Positions 15,689-30,629 of a stretch of 64,000 bases of DNA are shown here, piece after piece. Positions within the stretch are counted from its first letter, which is position 1. Each line of letters opens with the position of its first letter. Position numbers and translations under genes: made by a program. The stretch is taken from the NCBI RefSeq assembly GCF_003334815.1, contig NZ_QOWO01000017.1. The stretch is one strand, 5' to 3'. The DNA is from Escherichia coli. Lineage in GTDB: Bacteria; Pseudomonadota; Gammaproteobacteria; Enterobacterales; Enterobacteriaceae. The notes beneath the pieces were generated by a model. It was not told where the DNA came from. It was given only the letters and a program-made list of their open reading frames with translations, and did no database searches.

Positions 15689-16646
15689 AGCACTACTGAA
15701 CGCGGGACGTCAGACGTTAATGCTGGAGTTGCAGGAAGCAAGCCGTTTACCGGAACGTCTGGGCGATGATTTTGTTCGCGCCGCCAATATCATCCTGCAC
15801 TGTGAAGGCAAAGTGGTGGTTTCGGGAATTGGCAAATCGGGCCACATTGGTAAGAAAATCGCCGCAACGCTTGCCAGTACCGGCACTCCGGCTTTTTTTG
15901 TCCATCCGGCAGAAGCGCTGCACGGCGATCTGGGGATGATCGAAAGCCGCGATGTGATGCTGTTTATCTCTTACTCCGGTGGCGCGAAGGAACTGGATCT
16001 GATTATTCCGCGTCTGGAAGATAAATCTATCGCGCTGCTGGCGATGACCGGCAAACCGACGTCACCGCTGGGCCTGGCGGCAAAAGCGGTGCTGGATATC
16101 TCCGTAGAACGCGAAGCCTGCCCGATGCACCTTGCGCCGACCTCCAGCACCGTCAATACCCTGATGATGGGTGACGCGCTGGCGATGGCGGTCATGCAGG
16201 CGCGCGGATTTAATGAAGAAGATTTTGCCCGCTCCCACCCAGCCGGGGCACTGGGCGCTCGCTTGCTGAATAAAGTGCATCATCTGATGCGCCGTGACGA
16301 TGCCATCCCACAGGTGGCGTTAACCGCCAGCGTGATGGATGCGATGCTGGAACTCAGCCGCACCGGTCTGGGGCTGGTGGCGGTATGTGACGCTCAACAA
16401 CAGGTACAAGGCGTCTTTACCGACGGCGATTTACGTCGCTGGCTGGTTGGCGGCGGCGCACTCACCACGCCAGTCAATGAAGCGATGACGGTCGGCGGCA
16501 CCACGTTGCAATCGCAAAGTCGCGCCATCGACGCCAAAGAGATCCTGATGAAGCGCAAAATCACTGCCGCACCGGTGGTGGATGAAAACGGCAAACTCAC
16601 CGGCGCAATAAACCTGCAGGATTTCTATCAGGCCGGGATTATTTAA
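15681..16646 (+). CDS. gutQ: D-arabinose 5-phosphate isomerase GutQ (SIS plus CBS domains)
   Basis: 321 aa translation recognised as GutQ (KdsD paralogue). Confidence 0.93.
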
Positions 16647-18157
16647 TCCTTCAATCCCAGACGTTTCGCCAGCCGATGCAGGTTGGCGACGTCGGTTTCC
16701 AGCATCCGCGCGCAGGCAGCCCAGTTGTGATGATTTTGTGCCAGTGCCTGACGAATAGTTTCACGCTGGAACGCTTCTGTCGCTTCACGCAGGTTTTGCT
16801 TAACAACGGGCACCGCCGCCACTTCTGGCGTCGGCAACGTCACCTCAGGAAAAGCAAAATGTTGCGCCTCAAGAATCACTTCATCGCCGCTGCGGGTGGC
16901 TCTCGCCAGAACTACCGCCCGATGAATAGCATGTTCCAGTTCGCGCACGTTTCCCGGAAAACTGTAGTGTTGCAGTAAATTTCGCGCTCCGGCACTTAAT
17001 ACCACGCGGGAGAGCCCCTGCCGCAAACGACACTGCTCGCAGAAATACCCCGCCAGCAGAATGACATCATCGCCCCGCTCACGCAGCGGCGGCACCGAAA
17101 GTGGAAACACGCTCAGGCGATGAAACAAATCGGCGCGGAATCGCCCTGCCAGCACCTCTTCGCGTAAATCGCGGTTAGTCGCCGCCAGCACGCGCACATC
17201 GACCCGCAAACAACGGTCATCGCCAACGCGCTGAATATCGCCATACTGCAACACCCTCAGCAGCTTGGCCTGCAATGCCAACGACAACTCGCCGATCTCA
17301 TCCAGAAACAGCGTGCCGTTATCCGCCATTTCAAACTTCCCGCTGCGATTACTGATAGCGCCAGTAAACGCTCCTTTCACATGCCCGAACAACTCACTTT
17401 CCGCCACACTTTCCGGCAGTGCAGCACAGTTGAGATAGACCAGCGGATTCACCGCCCGTGGCGAGGCTTCATGAATCGCTTTCGCCACCAGCTCCTTACC
17501 GGTTCCAGTCTCACCGCTGATCAGGACGTTGAGATCGGACGCCGCCACAATCTCAATCTCTTTTTTCAGTTGCGTCATGCCAGGGGACAAGCCAATCATC
17601 TGCGTCTGTTTCACCGCTTCAAACGGCGTGGCATCGCCTGGCAGCATATTCTGGCTTTCCAGTTGTTCAATCAGCAACGCATTGCTTAACGCTCCCGCCG
17701 CCAGCGCAGCAATCAGCCGTAGCTCTTCGTCGCTGAAAACATCGAACTGATCGGGCTGCATCCCGTCGAGCGTCAGTGCGCCGATCAGGTTTTGCCCGGC
17801 AAACAATGGCAGACCAACGCAGGCGTGAACCTTCAGACTCTCCTGCCCAGGAATCAAACCGTCATAGGGATCGGGCAATTCGCTGTCTGCGGGAAAGCGC
17901 ACCACATCCCCGGCGCGGGCAATCGCTTCCAGCCGTGGATGCCCTTCCAGCGCAAAGCGTCTACCGAGTACATCCTTTGCCAGACCGTCGATGGCAAGCG
18001 GAATAAACTGCCGCGAATCGTAACGTAGCAACGCAGACGCATCGCACTCCAGCACCTGACGTAGCGTGGTGATCAGGCGCTGAAAACGATCCTGGTGACC
18101 AATCCCACGCTGCAATTCGATGGCGATATTCGCCAGCACATCAACGGAAAAACTCAT
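16643..18157 (-). CDS. norR: Sigma-54-dependent anaerobic nitric oxide reductase regulator NorR
   Basis: GAF domain, AAA+ sigma-54 activator domain ([14 protein letters not shown]) and C-terminal HTH; start set at [12 protein letters not shown] (ORF track extends 25 codons upstream). Confidence 0.93.
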   Translation of the reverse strand: MSFSVDVLANIAIELQRGIGHQDRFQRLITTLRQVLECDASALLRYDSRQFIPLAIDGLAKDVLGRRFALEGHPRLEAIARAGDVVRFPADSELPDPYDGLIPGQESLKVHACVGLPLFAGQNLIGALTLDGMQPDQFDVFSDEELRLIAALAAGALSNALLIEQLESQNMLPGDATPFEAVKQTQMIGLSPGMTQLKKEIEIVAASDLNVLISGETGTGKELVAKAIHEASPRAVNPLVYLNCAALPESVAESELFGHVKGAFTGAISNRSGKFEMADNGTLFLDEIGELSLALQAKLLRVLQYGDIQRVGDDRCLRVDVRVLAATNRDLREEVLAGRFRADLFHRLSVFPLSVPPLRERGDDVILLAGYFCEQCRLRQGLSRVVLSAGARNLLQHYSFPGNVRELEHAIHRAVVLARATRSGDEVILEAQHFAFPEVTLPTPEVAAVPVVKQNLREATEAFQRETIRQALAQNHHNWAACARMLETDVANLHRLAKRLGLKD

Positions 18158-18169
18158 CTTTGCCTCACT

Positions 18170-18225
18170 GTCAATTTGACTATAGATATTGTCATATCGA
18201 CCATTTGATTGATAGTCATTTTGAC
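18170..18225. promoter_or_regulatory. Three NorR binding sites (GT-N7-AC) forming the norV upstream activating sequence
   Basis: gtcaatttgac (18170..18180), gtcatatcgac (18191..18201), gtcattttgac (18215..18225). Confidence 0.8.
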
Positions 18226-18280
18226 TACTCATTAATGGGCATAATTTTATTTATAGAGTAAAAACAATCAGATAAAAAAC

Positions 18281-18296
18281 TGGCACGCAATCTGCA
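18281..18296 (+). promoter_or_regulatory. Sigma-54 (-24/-12) promoter of norVW
   Basis: CTGGCACGCAATCTGCA has GG-N10-GC spacing, about 50 bp upstream of the norV ATG. Confidence 0.85.
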
Positions 18297-18343
18297 ATTA
18301 GCAAGACATCTTTTTAGAACACGCTGAATAAATTGAGGTTGCT

Positions 18344-19783
18344 ATGTCTATTGTGGTGAAAAATAACATTCATTGGGTTGGTCAACGTGACTGGGAAGTG
18401 CGTGATTTTCACGGCACGGAATATAAAACGCTGCGCGGCAGCAGCTACAATAGCTACCTCATCCGCGAAGAAAAAAACGTGCTGATCGACACCGTCGACC
18501 ATAAATTCAGCCGCGAATTTGTGCAGAACCTGCGTAATGAAATCGATCTGGCGGATATCGATTACATCGTGATTAACCATGCAGAAGAGGACCACGCTGG
18601 GGCGCTGACCGAACTGATGGCACAAATTCCCGATACGCCGATCTACTGTACTGCCAACGCTATCGACTCGATAAATGGTCATCACCATCATCCGGAGTGG
18701 AATTTTAATGTGGTGAAAACTGGCGACACGCTGGATATCGGCAACGGCAAACAGCTCATTTTTGTCGAAACACCAATGCTGCACTGGCCGGACAGCATGA
18801 TGACTTACCTGACAGGCGACGCGGTGCTGTTCAGTAACGATGCTTTCGGTCAGCACTACTGTGACGAGCATCTGTTCAACGATGAAGTGGATCAGACGGA
18901 GCTTTTCGAGCAGTGCCAGCGTTACTACGCCAATATCCTGACGCCGTTCAGCCGCCTGGTAACGCCGAAAATTACCGAGATCCTGGGCTTTAACTTACCA
19001 GTCGATATGATAGCGACCTCCCACGGCGTGGTCTGGCGCGATAACCCGACGCAAATTGTCGAGCTGTACCTGAAATGGGCGGCTGATTATCAGGAAGACA
19101 GAATCACCATTTTCTACGACACCATGTCGAATAACACCCGCATGATGGCTGACGCTATCGCCCAGGGGATTGCGGAAACCGACCCACGCGTGGCGGTGAA
19201 AATTTTCAACGTCGCCCGAAGCGATAAAAACGAAATCCTGACCAATGTCTTCCGCTCAAAAGGCGTGCTGGTCGGCACTTCGACGATGAATAACGTGATG
19301 ATGCCGAAAATCGCCGGGCTGGTGGAGGAGATGACTGGTTTACGCTTCCGTAACAAACGCGCCAGTGCTTTCGGCTCTCACGGCTGGAGCGGCGGTGCGG
19401 TGGATCGTCTTTCCACGCGCCTGCAGGATGCGGGTTTCGAAATGTCGCTCAGCCTGAAAGCCAAATGGCGACCAGACCAGGACGCTCTGGAGTTATGCCG
19501 TGAACACGGTCGCGAAATCGCCCGTCAGTGGGCGCTCGCGCCGCTGCCGCAGAGCACGGTGAATACGGTAGTTAAAGAAGAAACCTCTGCCGCCACGACG
19601 GCTGACCTCGGCCCACGGATGCAGTGCAGCGTCTGCCGGTGGATTTACGATCCGGCAAAAGGCGAGCCAATGCAGGACGTTGCACCAGGAACGCCGTGGA
19701 GTGAAGTCACGGATAACTTCCTGTGCCCGGAATGCTCCCTCGGCAAAGACGTCTTTGACGAACTGGCATCGGAGGCAAAATGA
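18344..19783 (+). CDS. norV: Anaerobic nitric oxide reductase flavorubredoxin
   Basis: 479 aa; metallo-beta-lactamase-like di-iron domain, flavodoxin domain and C-terminal rubredoxin CxxC pairs. Confidence 0.95.
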   Translation: MSIVVKNNIHWVGQRDWEVRDFHGTEYKTLRGSSYNSYLIREEKNVLIDTVDHKFSREFVQNLRNEIDLADIDYIVINHAEEDHAGALTELMAQIPDTPIYCTANAIDSINGHHHHPEWNFNVVKTGDTLDIGNGKQLIFVETPMLHWPDSMMTYLTGDAVLFSNDAFGQHYCDEHLFNDEVDQTELFEQCQRYYANILTPFSRLVTPKITEILGFNLPVDMIATSHGVVWRDNPTQIVELYLKWAADYQEDRITIFYDTMSNNTRMMADAIAQGIAETDPRVAVKIFNVARSDKNEILTNVFRSKGVLVGTSTMNNVMMPKIAGLVEEMTGLRFRNKRASAFGSHGWSGGAVDRLSTRLQDAGFEMSLSLKAKWRPDQDALELCREHGREIARQWALAPLPQSTVNTVVKEETSAATTADLGPRMQCSVCRWIYDPAKGEPMQDVAPGTPWSEVTDNFLCPECSLGKDVFDELASEAK

Positions 19784-20913
19784 GCAACGGCATTGTGATC
19801 ATTGGTTCGGGCTTCGCCGCCCGACAACTGGTGAAAAATATTCGCAAACAGGACGCCACTATTCCATTAACCTTGATTGCCGCCGACAGCATAGATGAGT
19901 ACAACAAACCTGACCTCAGCCATGTTATCAGTCAGGGGCAACGTGCCGACGACCTTACCCGCCAGACGGCGGGTGAATTTGCCGAGCAGTTTAATCTGCG
20001 CCTGTTTCCGCACACCTGGGTGACGGATATCGATGCCGAAGCCCATGTGGTGAAAAGCCAGAATAATCAGTGGCAATACGACAAGTTAGTGCTGGCAACC
20101 GGTGCCAGCGCCTTTGTCCCGCCTGTGCCTGGGCGTGAGTTAATGCTGACGTTAAATAGTCAGCAAGAGTATCGCGCCTGTGAAACGCAACTGCGGGATG
20201 CCCGACGCGTGTTGATTGTTGGCGGTGGTTTGATTGGTAGCGAACTGGCGATGGATTTTTGTCGTGCAGGCAAAGCGGTCACGCTAATCGACAACGCTGC
20301 CAGTATTCTGGCGTCGTTAATGCCACCGGAAGTAAGCAGCCGCTTGCAGCATCGGTTGACGGAGATGGGTGTTCATCTGCTGTTGAAATCTCAGTTGCAG
20401 GGGCTGGAAAAAACGGATTCTGGCATTCTGGCAACGCTGGACCGCCAGCGTAGCATCGAAGTGGATGCGGTAATTGCCGCCACCGGACTGCGCCCGGAAA
20501 CCGCCCTGGCACGACGCGCCGGGCTGACGATTAATCGCGGCGTTTGCGTCGATAGTTATCTGCAAACCAGTAATACCGATATTTACGCGCTGGGCGATTG
20601 CGCGGAAATTAACGGTCAGGTATTGCCGTTCCTCCAGCCGATTCAACTTAGCGCGATGGTGCTGGCAAAAAATCTTCTCGGCAATAACACGCCGCTGAAA
20701 CTCCCGGCGATGCTGGTGAAAATCAAAACGCCGGAATTACCGCTGCATCTGGCAGGCGAAACCCAGCGTCAGGATTTACGCTGGCAAATTAATACCGAAC
20801 GCCAGGGAATGGTGGCGCGCGGCGTTGACGATGCTGACCAGCTTCGCGCCTTTGTGGTCAGTGAGGATCGGATGAAAGAGGCATTTGGATTGTTGAAAAC
20901 ATTGCCGATGTAG
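19780..20913 (+). CDS. norW: NADH:flavorubredoxin reductase
   Basis: 377 aa; FAD/NAD binding motif GSGFAARQ; ATGA overlap with norV. Confidence 0.95.
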   Translation: MSNGIVIIGSGFAARQLVKNIRKQDATIPLTLIAADSIDEYNKPDLSHVISQGQRADDLTRQTAGEFAEQFNLRLFPHTWVTDIDAEAHVVKSQNNQWQYDKLVLATGASAFVPPVPGRELMLTLNSQQEYRACETQLRDARRVLIVGGGLIGSELAMDFCRAGKAVTLIDNAASILASLMPPEVSSRLQHRLTEMGVHLLLKSQLQGLEKTDSGILATLDRQRSIEVDAVIAATGLRPETALARRAGLTINRGVCVDSYLQTSNTDIYALGDCAEINGQVLPFLQPIQLSAMVLAKNLLGNNTPLKLPAMLVKIKTPELPLHLAGETQRQDLRWQINTERQGMVARGVDDADQLRAFVVSEDRMKEAFGLLKTLPM

Positions 20914-20934
20914 GTGGGCTACTGTGCCTAAAAT

Positions 20935-21017
<83 letters not shown>

Positions 21018-21040
21018 ATGGTGTCCAAATGCAACACGTT

Positions 21041-23293
21041 TTATCCGTTCTGGACTTCACCCGCTAACCAACGCGCCGCAGCAATAACCCCCTGCCCCAG
21101 AGACAAACCGCCATCACCCGCCGGTAAACTCTGTGGAAAGAGCAATGTGAAATCAGCGAGATAATGCGCCAGACGTGCACGCAGCAAACGGTTATGAATA
21201 ACCCCGCCGCTAAATACCAGCGTAGTGATACCACGCATCGTGGCCTGCTCACGCATCAACGCGGCAAAACCCTGCGCCAGCGCATCATGAAACGCCCACG
21301 CGCGTTGATTAACCGGTGCCTGCCAGTTCAGCCACTGCTGCCAGAAAGTGGCGAGATCCAGTTGATTGTCCACCCGCGGCATTGTCACCGGATGCGTCAC
21401 TCCGTGGCATGAGGCTGCGAGCGCCTCCAGAGCACAAGCCGCTTCACCTTCATAACTTAACGTGGCTGGCGCACAGCCCAGTGCCGCCGCCACTGCATCG
21501 AAAAAACGCCCACACGATGACGCCAGCGGCGCGTTAATTCCACGCTCAATGGCCCGCGCCAGCACGCTCCAGTTTTGCTGTTGCACACTTGCTGTTTCAG
21601 AGTAATTCTGCCACTCCGGCACAAAGCGCAGGCACTGCGCCAGCAGGTTTCGCCACGGCTGCTTCGCTGCCAAATCGCCACCCGGAAGCGCCACTGCAGG
21701 CAAGCCGCCCAGGTGCTCACATTCGCGATAGTTCACCCGCAGGCACTCGCCGCCCCACAAAGCGCCGTTCTCCCCCATACCGATACCGTCGAGCGTCAAA
21801 GCAATGACATCACCGCCATCCAGCGGCCACTGATGCTCTGCCAGACACGCCGCTGCATGGGCATGATGATGCAGTACCGTTTGCGTCGGCAGATTCATTT
21901 CACGCGCCCACTGGCTGGAGACATAGCCCGGATGCGCGTCATGCACAACGTATTGCGGGGTAAAATCGTAGATGTTTTGCATCAGGCGTAACGCTTCGCG
22001 CCACTGCATCTGGATGCCATCGTCACTTAAATCGCCCAGATGCTGACTCAACACCGCTTGTTCACCGCGCACCAGGCAGAAGGTATTTTTCAGATCCGCG
22101 CCGAGACACAGCACAGGCGGAACATTTTTAAAGCCCGGAGGCAAAGCCAGCGCATCCGGCACATACCCCCGCGAACGGCGCAGCATTTCGCCGCTTTCGC
22201 GCACCACCGAATCATCCATCCGCTGCACGATGTCGCGGTTATGTATCAAGAATCCGTCGGCAATGCCCTGCAAATCCGCCAGCGCCTGTTCGTTGCTGAT
22301 AGCTGGTGGTTTACCGCTCAGGTTGCCGGAGGTCATCACCAGCGGGCATTGCAGTTCCTGTAACAGCAAATGCTGGAGCGGGTTCGCAGGCAACATTACC
22401 CCGACTTCGTTAAGGTCAGGGGCGATATCATCACAAAGCTCAGGAACGTATTTTTTATCCACCAGCACAATCGGCGCGGCGGGCGTGGTAAGCAACTGGC
22501 GCGCAGCGTCTGGTAAACCGTCAGCCACTGGCAACATGACCGCCAGCGGTTTCGCCGGGCGATGTTTGCGCGCCCGAAGTGTCGCCACCGCGTTACTGTT
22601 ACGTGCATCGCAGGCAAGATGAAATCCGCCAATCCCTTTGATGGCGACAATTTTGCCCATTTTTAACTGTGCGATAGCTGCCTGTAATGCCGCCTCTTGT
22701 TCCGCATGTTCACCATGACTTACCCATTCAAGATGCGGGCCACACTCCGGGCAGGCCACCGGCTGGGCGTGGAAGCGACGATCGAGCGGGTCACGGTACT
22801 CTTTGTCACAGGCCGGACATAGCGGAAACGCCGCCATCACGGTAAACGGGCGGTCGTAAGGCATGGCGCGAATAATGGTGAAACGCGGGCCGCAGTGGGT
22901 ACAGTTGATAAACGGATAACGATAACGCCGTTCGCCTGGGGTATTCATTTCGGCAAGGCAAGCAGGGCAAGTAGCGGCATCGGGAACAATTTGCGTATTC
23001 ATGGTGCCGCCTGTGCTCTGGCGTATAGTGAACTCGGTGGGCAGTTGTGACCAGATAAACGGCTCACGCTCGACGCTATCAATACGCGCCAGCGGCGGGC
23101 AGTGCTGATACAATTGAACAAGAAACGTTTCCGGGTCTTCCCGCAGCCGGACTTCTACGCCATCGCCGTCATTACAGACATCGCCGTGAAGATTTAATTG
23201 CTGTGCCAGCTGCCAGACAAACGGACGAAAACCGACGCCCTGCACTTTGCCACGAATACGCAGTTGGACACCGCAAGATGTGTTTTTTGCCAT
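21041..23293 (-). CDS. hypF: [NiFe]-hydrogenase maturation carbamoyltransferase HypF
   Basis: Acylphosphatase domain, two CxxC zinc-finger pairs, YrdC-like and Kae1-like domains; start set at [10 protein letters not shown] (ORF track extends 24 codons upstream). Confidence 0.93.
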
Positions 23294-23445
23294 TGAGTTA
23301 TTCCCGCCATCATGAATTGCGTAACCCGCCCTGCCGGACACGACAGCGTCGCATCCGGCAGTCACAGGTCGGCGATACCGCCCGCTCCGTATTCTACGAA
23401 TATTTCCGGGAATTCCTTTGATGCCAGAACAGTTCTGTAAGATTT

Positions 23446-23973
23446 TTAGAACATCAGCGCCGTACGGCGGCGTTTTTCTGCGCTCAGTTGTTCAAGTTTA
23501 TTACGATCGACACAAATCAGCGCATGAGTCGGGCAAGCCGCCATACACGCCGGGCCGTCTTCACGATGGTTGCACAGGTCGCATTTATTGGCTTCGGCTT
23601 TGTCAGCCCGTACATTCAGACCCGCGCCGCTGTTGCGGATCACCGGACGTACCACCACTTCCATCGCACCATACGGGCAAGCCACAACGCAGGTTTTGCA
23701 ACCAATGCAACGTTCCTGCATCACATGAACAAACCCTTTATCACGGCTGATAGCACCATTCGGGCAGACGTTAGCGCACGGTGCATCTTCACACTGACGG
23801 CAAACTGTCGCCGTGGAAATGTTCACACCTTTAATGACATGGATACGCGGTAAAAAAGTTTCCGGGGTCAGCGATGCACAGTCCTGATTTTCCTGATGAG
23901 AAACCACGCACGCTACTTCACAGGTACGGCAACCAATACATTTACTCGCGTCAGCAATGATGAAACGGTTCAT
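23446..23973 (-). CDS. hydN: 4Fe-4S ferredoxin-type electron transport protein HydN
   Basis: Multiple CxxCxxCxxxCP clusters; start set at MNRFIIADA. Confidence 0.92.
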
Positions 23974-24121
23974 CAAATTCTCCAGCAATGACAGTTAATG
24001 CGCCGATACATTCACAAATCATGCCAGTTTTTAATTTACTGTTATTTAAGGAAATTAATTTCTGTAATGCAGGAAAAACGATGTCATCGACACTAGTGAC
24101 GATGACATGTGATGACAATGT

Positions 24122-25135
24122 TTATCGCGAAGGAGCAATGAGTGAGTCGCGGCGGATCAGTTTTCCGCTGAAGGTTTTCGGCGGTGAGAAATCCCCGCCA
24201 TCGAGCATAAAAATCAGCCGTCCAATAATTTCCTGAATCATCTCAGTCACCGGAATTTTTACGCTGGAGAGCGCCGGAACGGTGTAGGGGGCAATAGCGA
24301 TATCATCGAATCCGATAACTGACACCTGCTCTGGCACCGCTACGCCGCGCTCGTGTAACGCTTTCATCGCACCTATCGCCATATCGTCGTTACTGGCAAC
24401 TAACGCGCTAAATTTAGCCCCACGTTCGAGCAACATTTCTACCCCTTCGGCCCCGCTGGCAGGCGTCCATTTACCGTTAGCGATAAGTTTTTCATTGAGC
24501 GCAATACCATGCTGCGCCAGCGCGTCTTTATACCCGGCAAGACGTTCAATGCTGGTGGGGGAATCCATCGAGCCGGTAAGGAAAGCAATCTCCTGATGCC
24601 CGGCGTTTATCAACTCTGCCACGGCGTTAAAACTGGTCTGTTTATGATCGCACCAGACGCTATGGCTGCTGTTTTTGCGCAGGCGGCGATTAAGCACCAT
24701 TATCGGCTGACTGTGCGCGTCAATGATGTCATCGATCTCATCCACGCTTAAAAAACGCGGGTAAATCATGATCGCGTCGCAGCGCAGATCCAGCAGATAC
24801 TGAATCGCCTGGCGCTCTTCTTCTGCGCTGTGTTTACCATCTGCCAATAGCAACTGCCGCCCTTTCTCTTCCGCCATTCGCGCGGCATGAAAGAGTAATT
24901 CACTAAAATAAATGCCGTGGTAAAGCGTGTTGGTCACTACCAGCCCCAGCGTCTGAGTACTCTTCGCCGACAGATTGCGCGCCAGCAAGTTTGGACGGTA
25001 ACCGCTCTCTTCTACCGCCTGAAACACGCGATCTTTAGTCTCCTGGCTGACGTAGCCATTACCTGAAAGCACGCGGGAAACGGTCGCTTTTGAAACCCCG
25101 GCGCGCTTCGCCACTTCCAGCATCGTCGTCATCAT
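24122..25135 (-). CDS. ascG: LacI/GalR-family repressor of the asc operon
   Basis: N-terminal HTH MTTMLEVAKRAGVSKATVSRVL and periplasmic-binding-like domain; start set at the internal Met. Confidence 0.9.
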   Translation of the reverse strand: MMTTMLEVAKRAGVSKATVSRVLSGNGYVSQETKDRVFQAVEESGYRPNLLARNLSAKSTQTLGLVVTNTLYHGIYFSELLFHAARMAEEKGRQLLLADGKHSAEEERQAIQYLLDLRCDAIMIYPRFLSVDEIDDIIDAHSQPIMVLNRRLRKNSSHSVWCDHKQTSFNAVAELINAGHQEIAFLTGSMDSPTSIERLAGYKDALAQHGIALNEKLIANGKWTPASGAEGVEMLLERGAKFSALVASNDDMAIGAMKALHERGVAVPEQVSVIGFDDIAIAPYTVPALSSVKIPVTEMIQEIIGRLIFMLDGGDFSPPKTFSGKLIRRDSLIAPSR

Positions 25136-25391
25136 TTTCATCCCTTTACACGCAATCAACGCAGTGTACTGCACCGTTTGCCGATTGTCCTTGCACAATC
25201 GGCGGGAAAAATATTCAGGTGACCGGTTTCACAAATATAAAAAATGAACAATTCACTCTCTTGCTTATTTAGTGACAACTATTCATGATTTTGTGAAACC
25301 GGTTTCTTAATTCCGTTTCAGCATCGGCATTTTTCCGTCACGTCGACTGATAACAACTACATCTACCCTACTGATAACAGGATAAAATCCG

Positions 25392-28282
<2,891 letters not shown>

Positions 28283-28290
28283 GTAACAGT

Positions 28291-28370
28291 GCCGGATGCG
28301 GCGTGAACGCCTTATCCGGCCTACATGTCGCACGAACCATGAAGGCCCGATAAGCGCAGCGCATCGGGCA
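28291..28370. repeat. REP elements between ascB and hycI
   Basis: gccggatgcggcgtgaacgccttatccggcctaca plus a second imperfect REP. Confidence 0.8.
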
Positions 28371-28440
28371 ATTTAGCATTTGGCATCAGAGCTGGTTCAC
28401 CCCATCAAGAACATCCCTGTCCTGATTCCTTAATGAAAAA

Positions 28441-28911
28441 CTACTCTTCTTCCACCGCTAACTGCGCGAAGCCGCCATTTCCTTCCCAGCCTTCCAGTCG
28501 TTGATAAACGGTTTCTACCGCATCTTTAATCGGCTGGGTCATCGGGTAGTAAAAGCCGACGATATCCGGCTGAATGCCGAGGAAAATCACTTCGCCAATA
28601 TCTTCTTTCAACTGGTCGATAAGGTAATTCAACGGCATGTTATGGGTAGTCATCATAAACATCTCGGCGATATCATCCGGGTCGATGATGCGGATCTCGC
28701 CGGGGTTTAGCCCCATATCCGTGGCGTCGACAATCAGCAGTCGTGTCGGGCGCAGTTCACGGATAGCGACGATGTCGTTTTCCGGTGCGCTACCGCCGTC
28801 AATCACCACCCAGTTACCTTTCGGCGCGGCGGCGCACTTTTCCGCCAGCAGCGGACCTGCGCCATCATCGCCCATCATGCTATTGCCAACACAGAGTAAA
28901 ACGTCAGTCAC
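28441..28911 (-). CDS. hycI: Hydrogenase 3 maturation endopeptidase
   Basis: 156 aa translation recognised as HycI. Confidence 0.93.
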   Translation of the reverse strand: MTDVLLCVGNSMMGDDGAGPLLAEKCAAAPKGNWVVIDGGSAPENDIVAIRELRPTRLLIVDATDMGLNPGEIRIIDPDDIAEMFMMTTHNMPLNYLIDQLKEDIGEVIFLGIQPDIVGFYYPMTQPIKDAVETVYQRLEGWEGNGGFAQLAVEEE

Positions 28912-29314
28912 GCAGTCTCCTCACCATCAAATAGATGGCGTTTTCCTGATGAATATCATGCAGCATACTTAACAGCATTGTACTCCATTCCTGCTGCTGC
29001 GAAGTTTGCGCTGCCCGGGCTTTATCGAATGCGTTGGCCAGCATCGGCACATGGTTAATGTCGATGACGATCTCACCATATTTCGGCACGCCTTCCATTT
29101 TGCGGCGGGCTTCACTGCCTGCCTCCAGAGTGGCAATCCATGCCAGATATTCATCCCACGGGCAGGTGAGCGCCGCTTCCAGGCAATCGATAACCCCAAG
29201 GTGGTGACCAATCGCCAGGCTGTAATAGACCACCTGCTGCGCCTCGGCGGGCGTGGCATCGTTCTCATCAATAAATTTACGGCTCAGTTGACTGAACACC
29301 ACCTTTTCACTCAT
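28904..29314 (-). CDS. hycH: Formate hydrogenlyase maturation protein HycH
   Basis: 136 aa translation recognised as HycH. Confidence 0.9.
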   Translation of the reverse strand: MSEKVVFSQLSRKFIDENDATPAEAQQVVYYSLAIGHHLGVIDCLEAALTCPWDEYLAWIATLEAGSEARRKMEGVPKYGEIVIDINHVPMLANAFDKARAAQTSQQQEWSTMLLSMLHDIHQENAIYLMVRRLRD

Positions 29315-30078
29315 CGGATACGCGCCTCTTCAACAACATGATTCAGATGGCTGACAATCTCGTTCAGACGCGGATCGTTTTCCGCTTCCAGCCAGCGTGC
29401 AACCTGTTCTTCGCCCTGCCCTAACTGTGTAAGGTAATCATCGGCAATCTGACGACCGTAACGATAACCCGCCAGGCGACGTGCTTCGCGATCCACTTTC
29501 ACGCGCAGCGGCTGCACCATATCACCATGCAGGATCTCCGCCGGTTGTTCATCCAGTTCACCCGGCCCACGGGCGTGAATTTTCTGCTCCAGCAGGCCGA
29601 GCGCCATTGCAAAGCCGTACAGCGTGGCGGCAGGCGTTGGCGGGCAGCCAGGGATATAAACATCCACAGGGACAATTTTATCCGTACCGCCCCACACGCA
29701 GTAGAGATCGTGGAAGATCCCGCCACTGTTACCGCAGGCACCGTAGGAGATACAAATTTTCGGGTCCGGCGCGGACTGCCACGCACGCAGCGCAGGGGAT
29801 CGCATTGCACGGGTGACCGCGCCGGTAAACAGTAAAATATCCGCATGACGCGGTGAAGGAACGACTTTAATGCCGAAGCGTTCTGCATCAAACAGCGGCG
29901 AAAGCGTGGCGAAAATTTCGATTTCGCAACCGTTGCAGCCGCCGCAGTCCACGCGGTAAACATAGGCAGAACGTTTGATTTTTTTCAGTAACGACGCCTT
30001 CATGCTGGCGATGGATTCATCCACCGTCATGGGGACCGGAATGCCGTTGGCGTCACGGGGGCCTAATAAATTGCTCAT
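29311..30078 (-). CDS. hycG: Hydrogenase 3 small subunit (NuoB-like)
   Basis: 255 aa; NuoB-type Fe-S cysteine motifs. Confidence 0.93.
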
Positions 30079-30620
30079 CAGATGGCCTCTTTCATATGGC
30101 GAGTCAGTTCAATACGGTCGGACGGCACCAGGCATTTCTGGCGCTTACATTCCGGGCAAGTCTCAAAGCTTTCGCGGTGGTTTTCCGCGCGGCTGTCGCC
30201 GTTGTGCTTAAGCAGCGCAATGGCGTAGTCGATCTCTTTCTGGACGGCGAAAGGACGATTGCAGACGCGGCAGTTGCACAGCGCGAAGCGGGACTGTTGC
30301 AGGAAGTCTTCTTTCTTCCACACCGCCAGTTCGTACTCTTGCGACAGTTTGATCGCCGCCGTCGGGCAGACTTCTTCGCAGCGTCCACAGAAGATGCAGT
30401 GCCCAAGATTAAACTCCCAGGCAAGCTCTCCTGTGGCGAGGTCAGTTTCAACCGTTAAGGCGTTTGACGGGCAGGCATTGACGCAGGCCGCGCAGCCGAT
30501 GCACTGCTGCGGGTTCTGCTCTGGCTTACCACGGAAGTTTTTATCAACCGCAATCGGCTCCAGCGGATAAGACGAGGTCGCCGTGCCGGTTTTGATGACT
30601 TTTTTGATAAAGGTAAACAT
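30078..30620 (-). CDS. hycF: Formate hydrogenlyase 2x[4Fe-4S] subunit (NuoI-like)
   Basis: 180 aa; two CxxCxxCxxxCP motifs. Confidence 0.93.
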   Translation of the reverse strand: MFTFIKKVIKTGTATSSYPLEPIAVDKNFRGKPEQNPQQCIGCAACVNACPSNALTVETDLATGELAWEFNLGHCIFCGRCEEVCPTAAIKLSQEYELAVWKKEDFLQQSRFALCNCRVCNRPFAVQKEIDYAIALLKHNGDSRAENHRESFETCPECKRQKCLVPSDRIELTRHMKEAI

Positions 30621-30629
30621 GGCGATTCC

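Noticed and set aside
16643-18232. N-terminally extended ORF-track versions of norR, and likewise of mltB, hypF, hycE, fhlA, surE, ascG, recA, hydN, hypA, hypC and ascB
   Set aside because: The upstream extensions lack similarity to the known proteins; internal Met starts matching the conserved N-termini were used instead. The ORF-track starts are simply the most upstream ATG in frame
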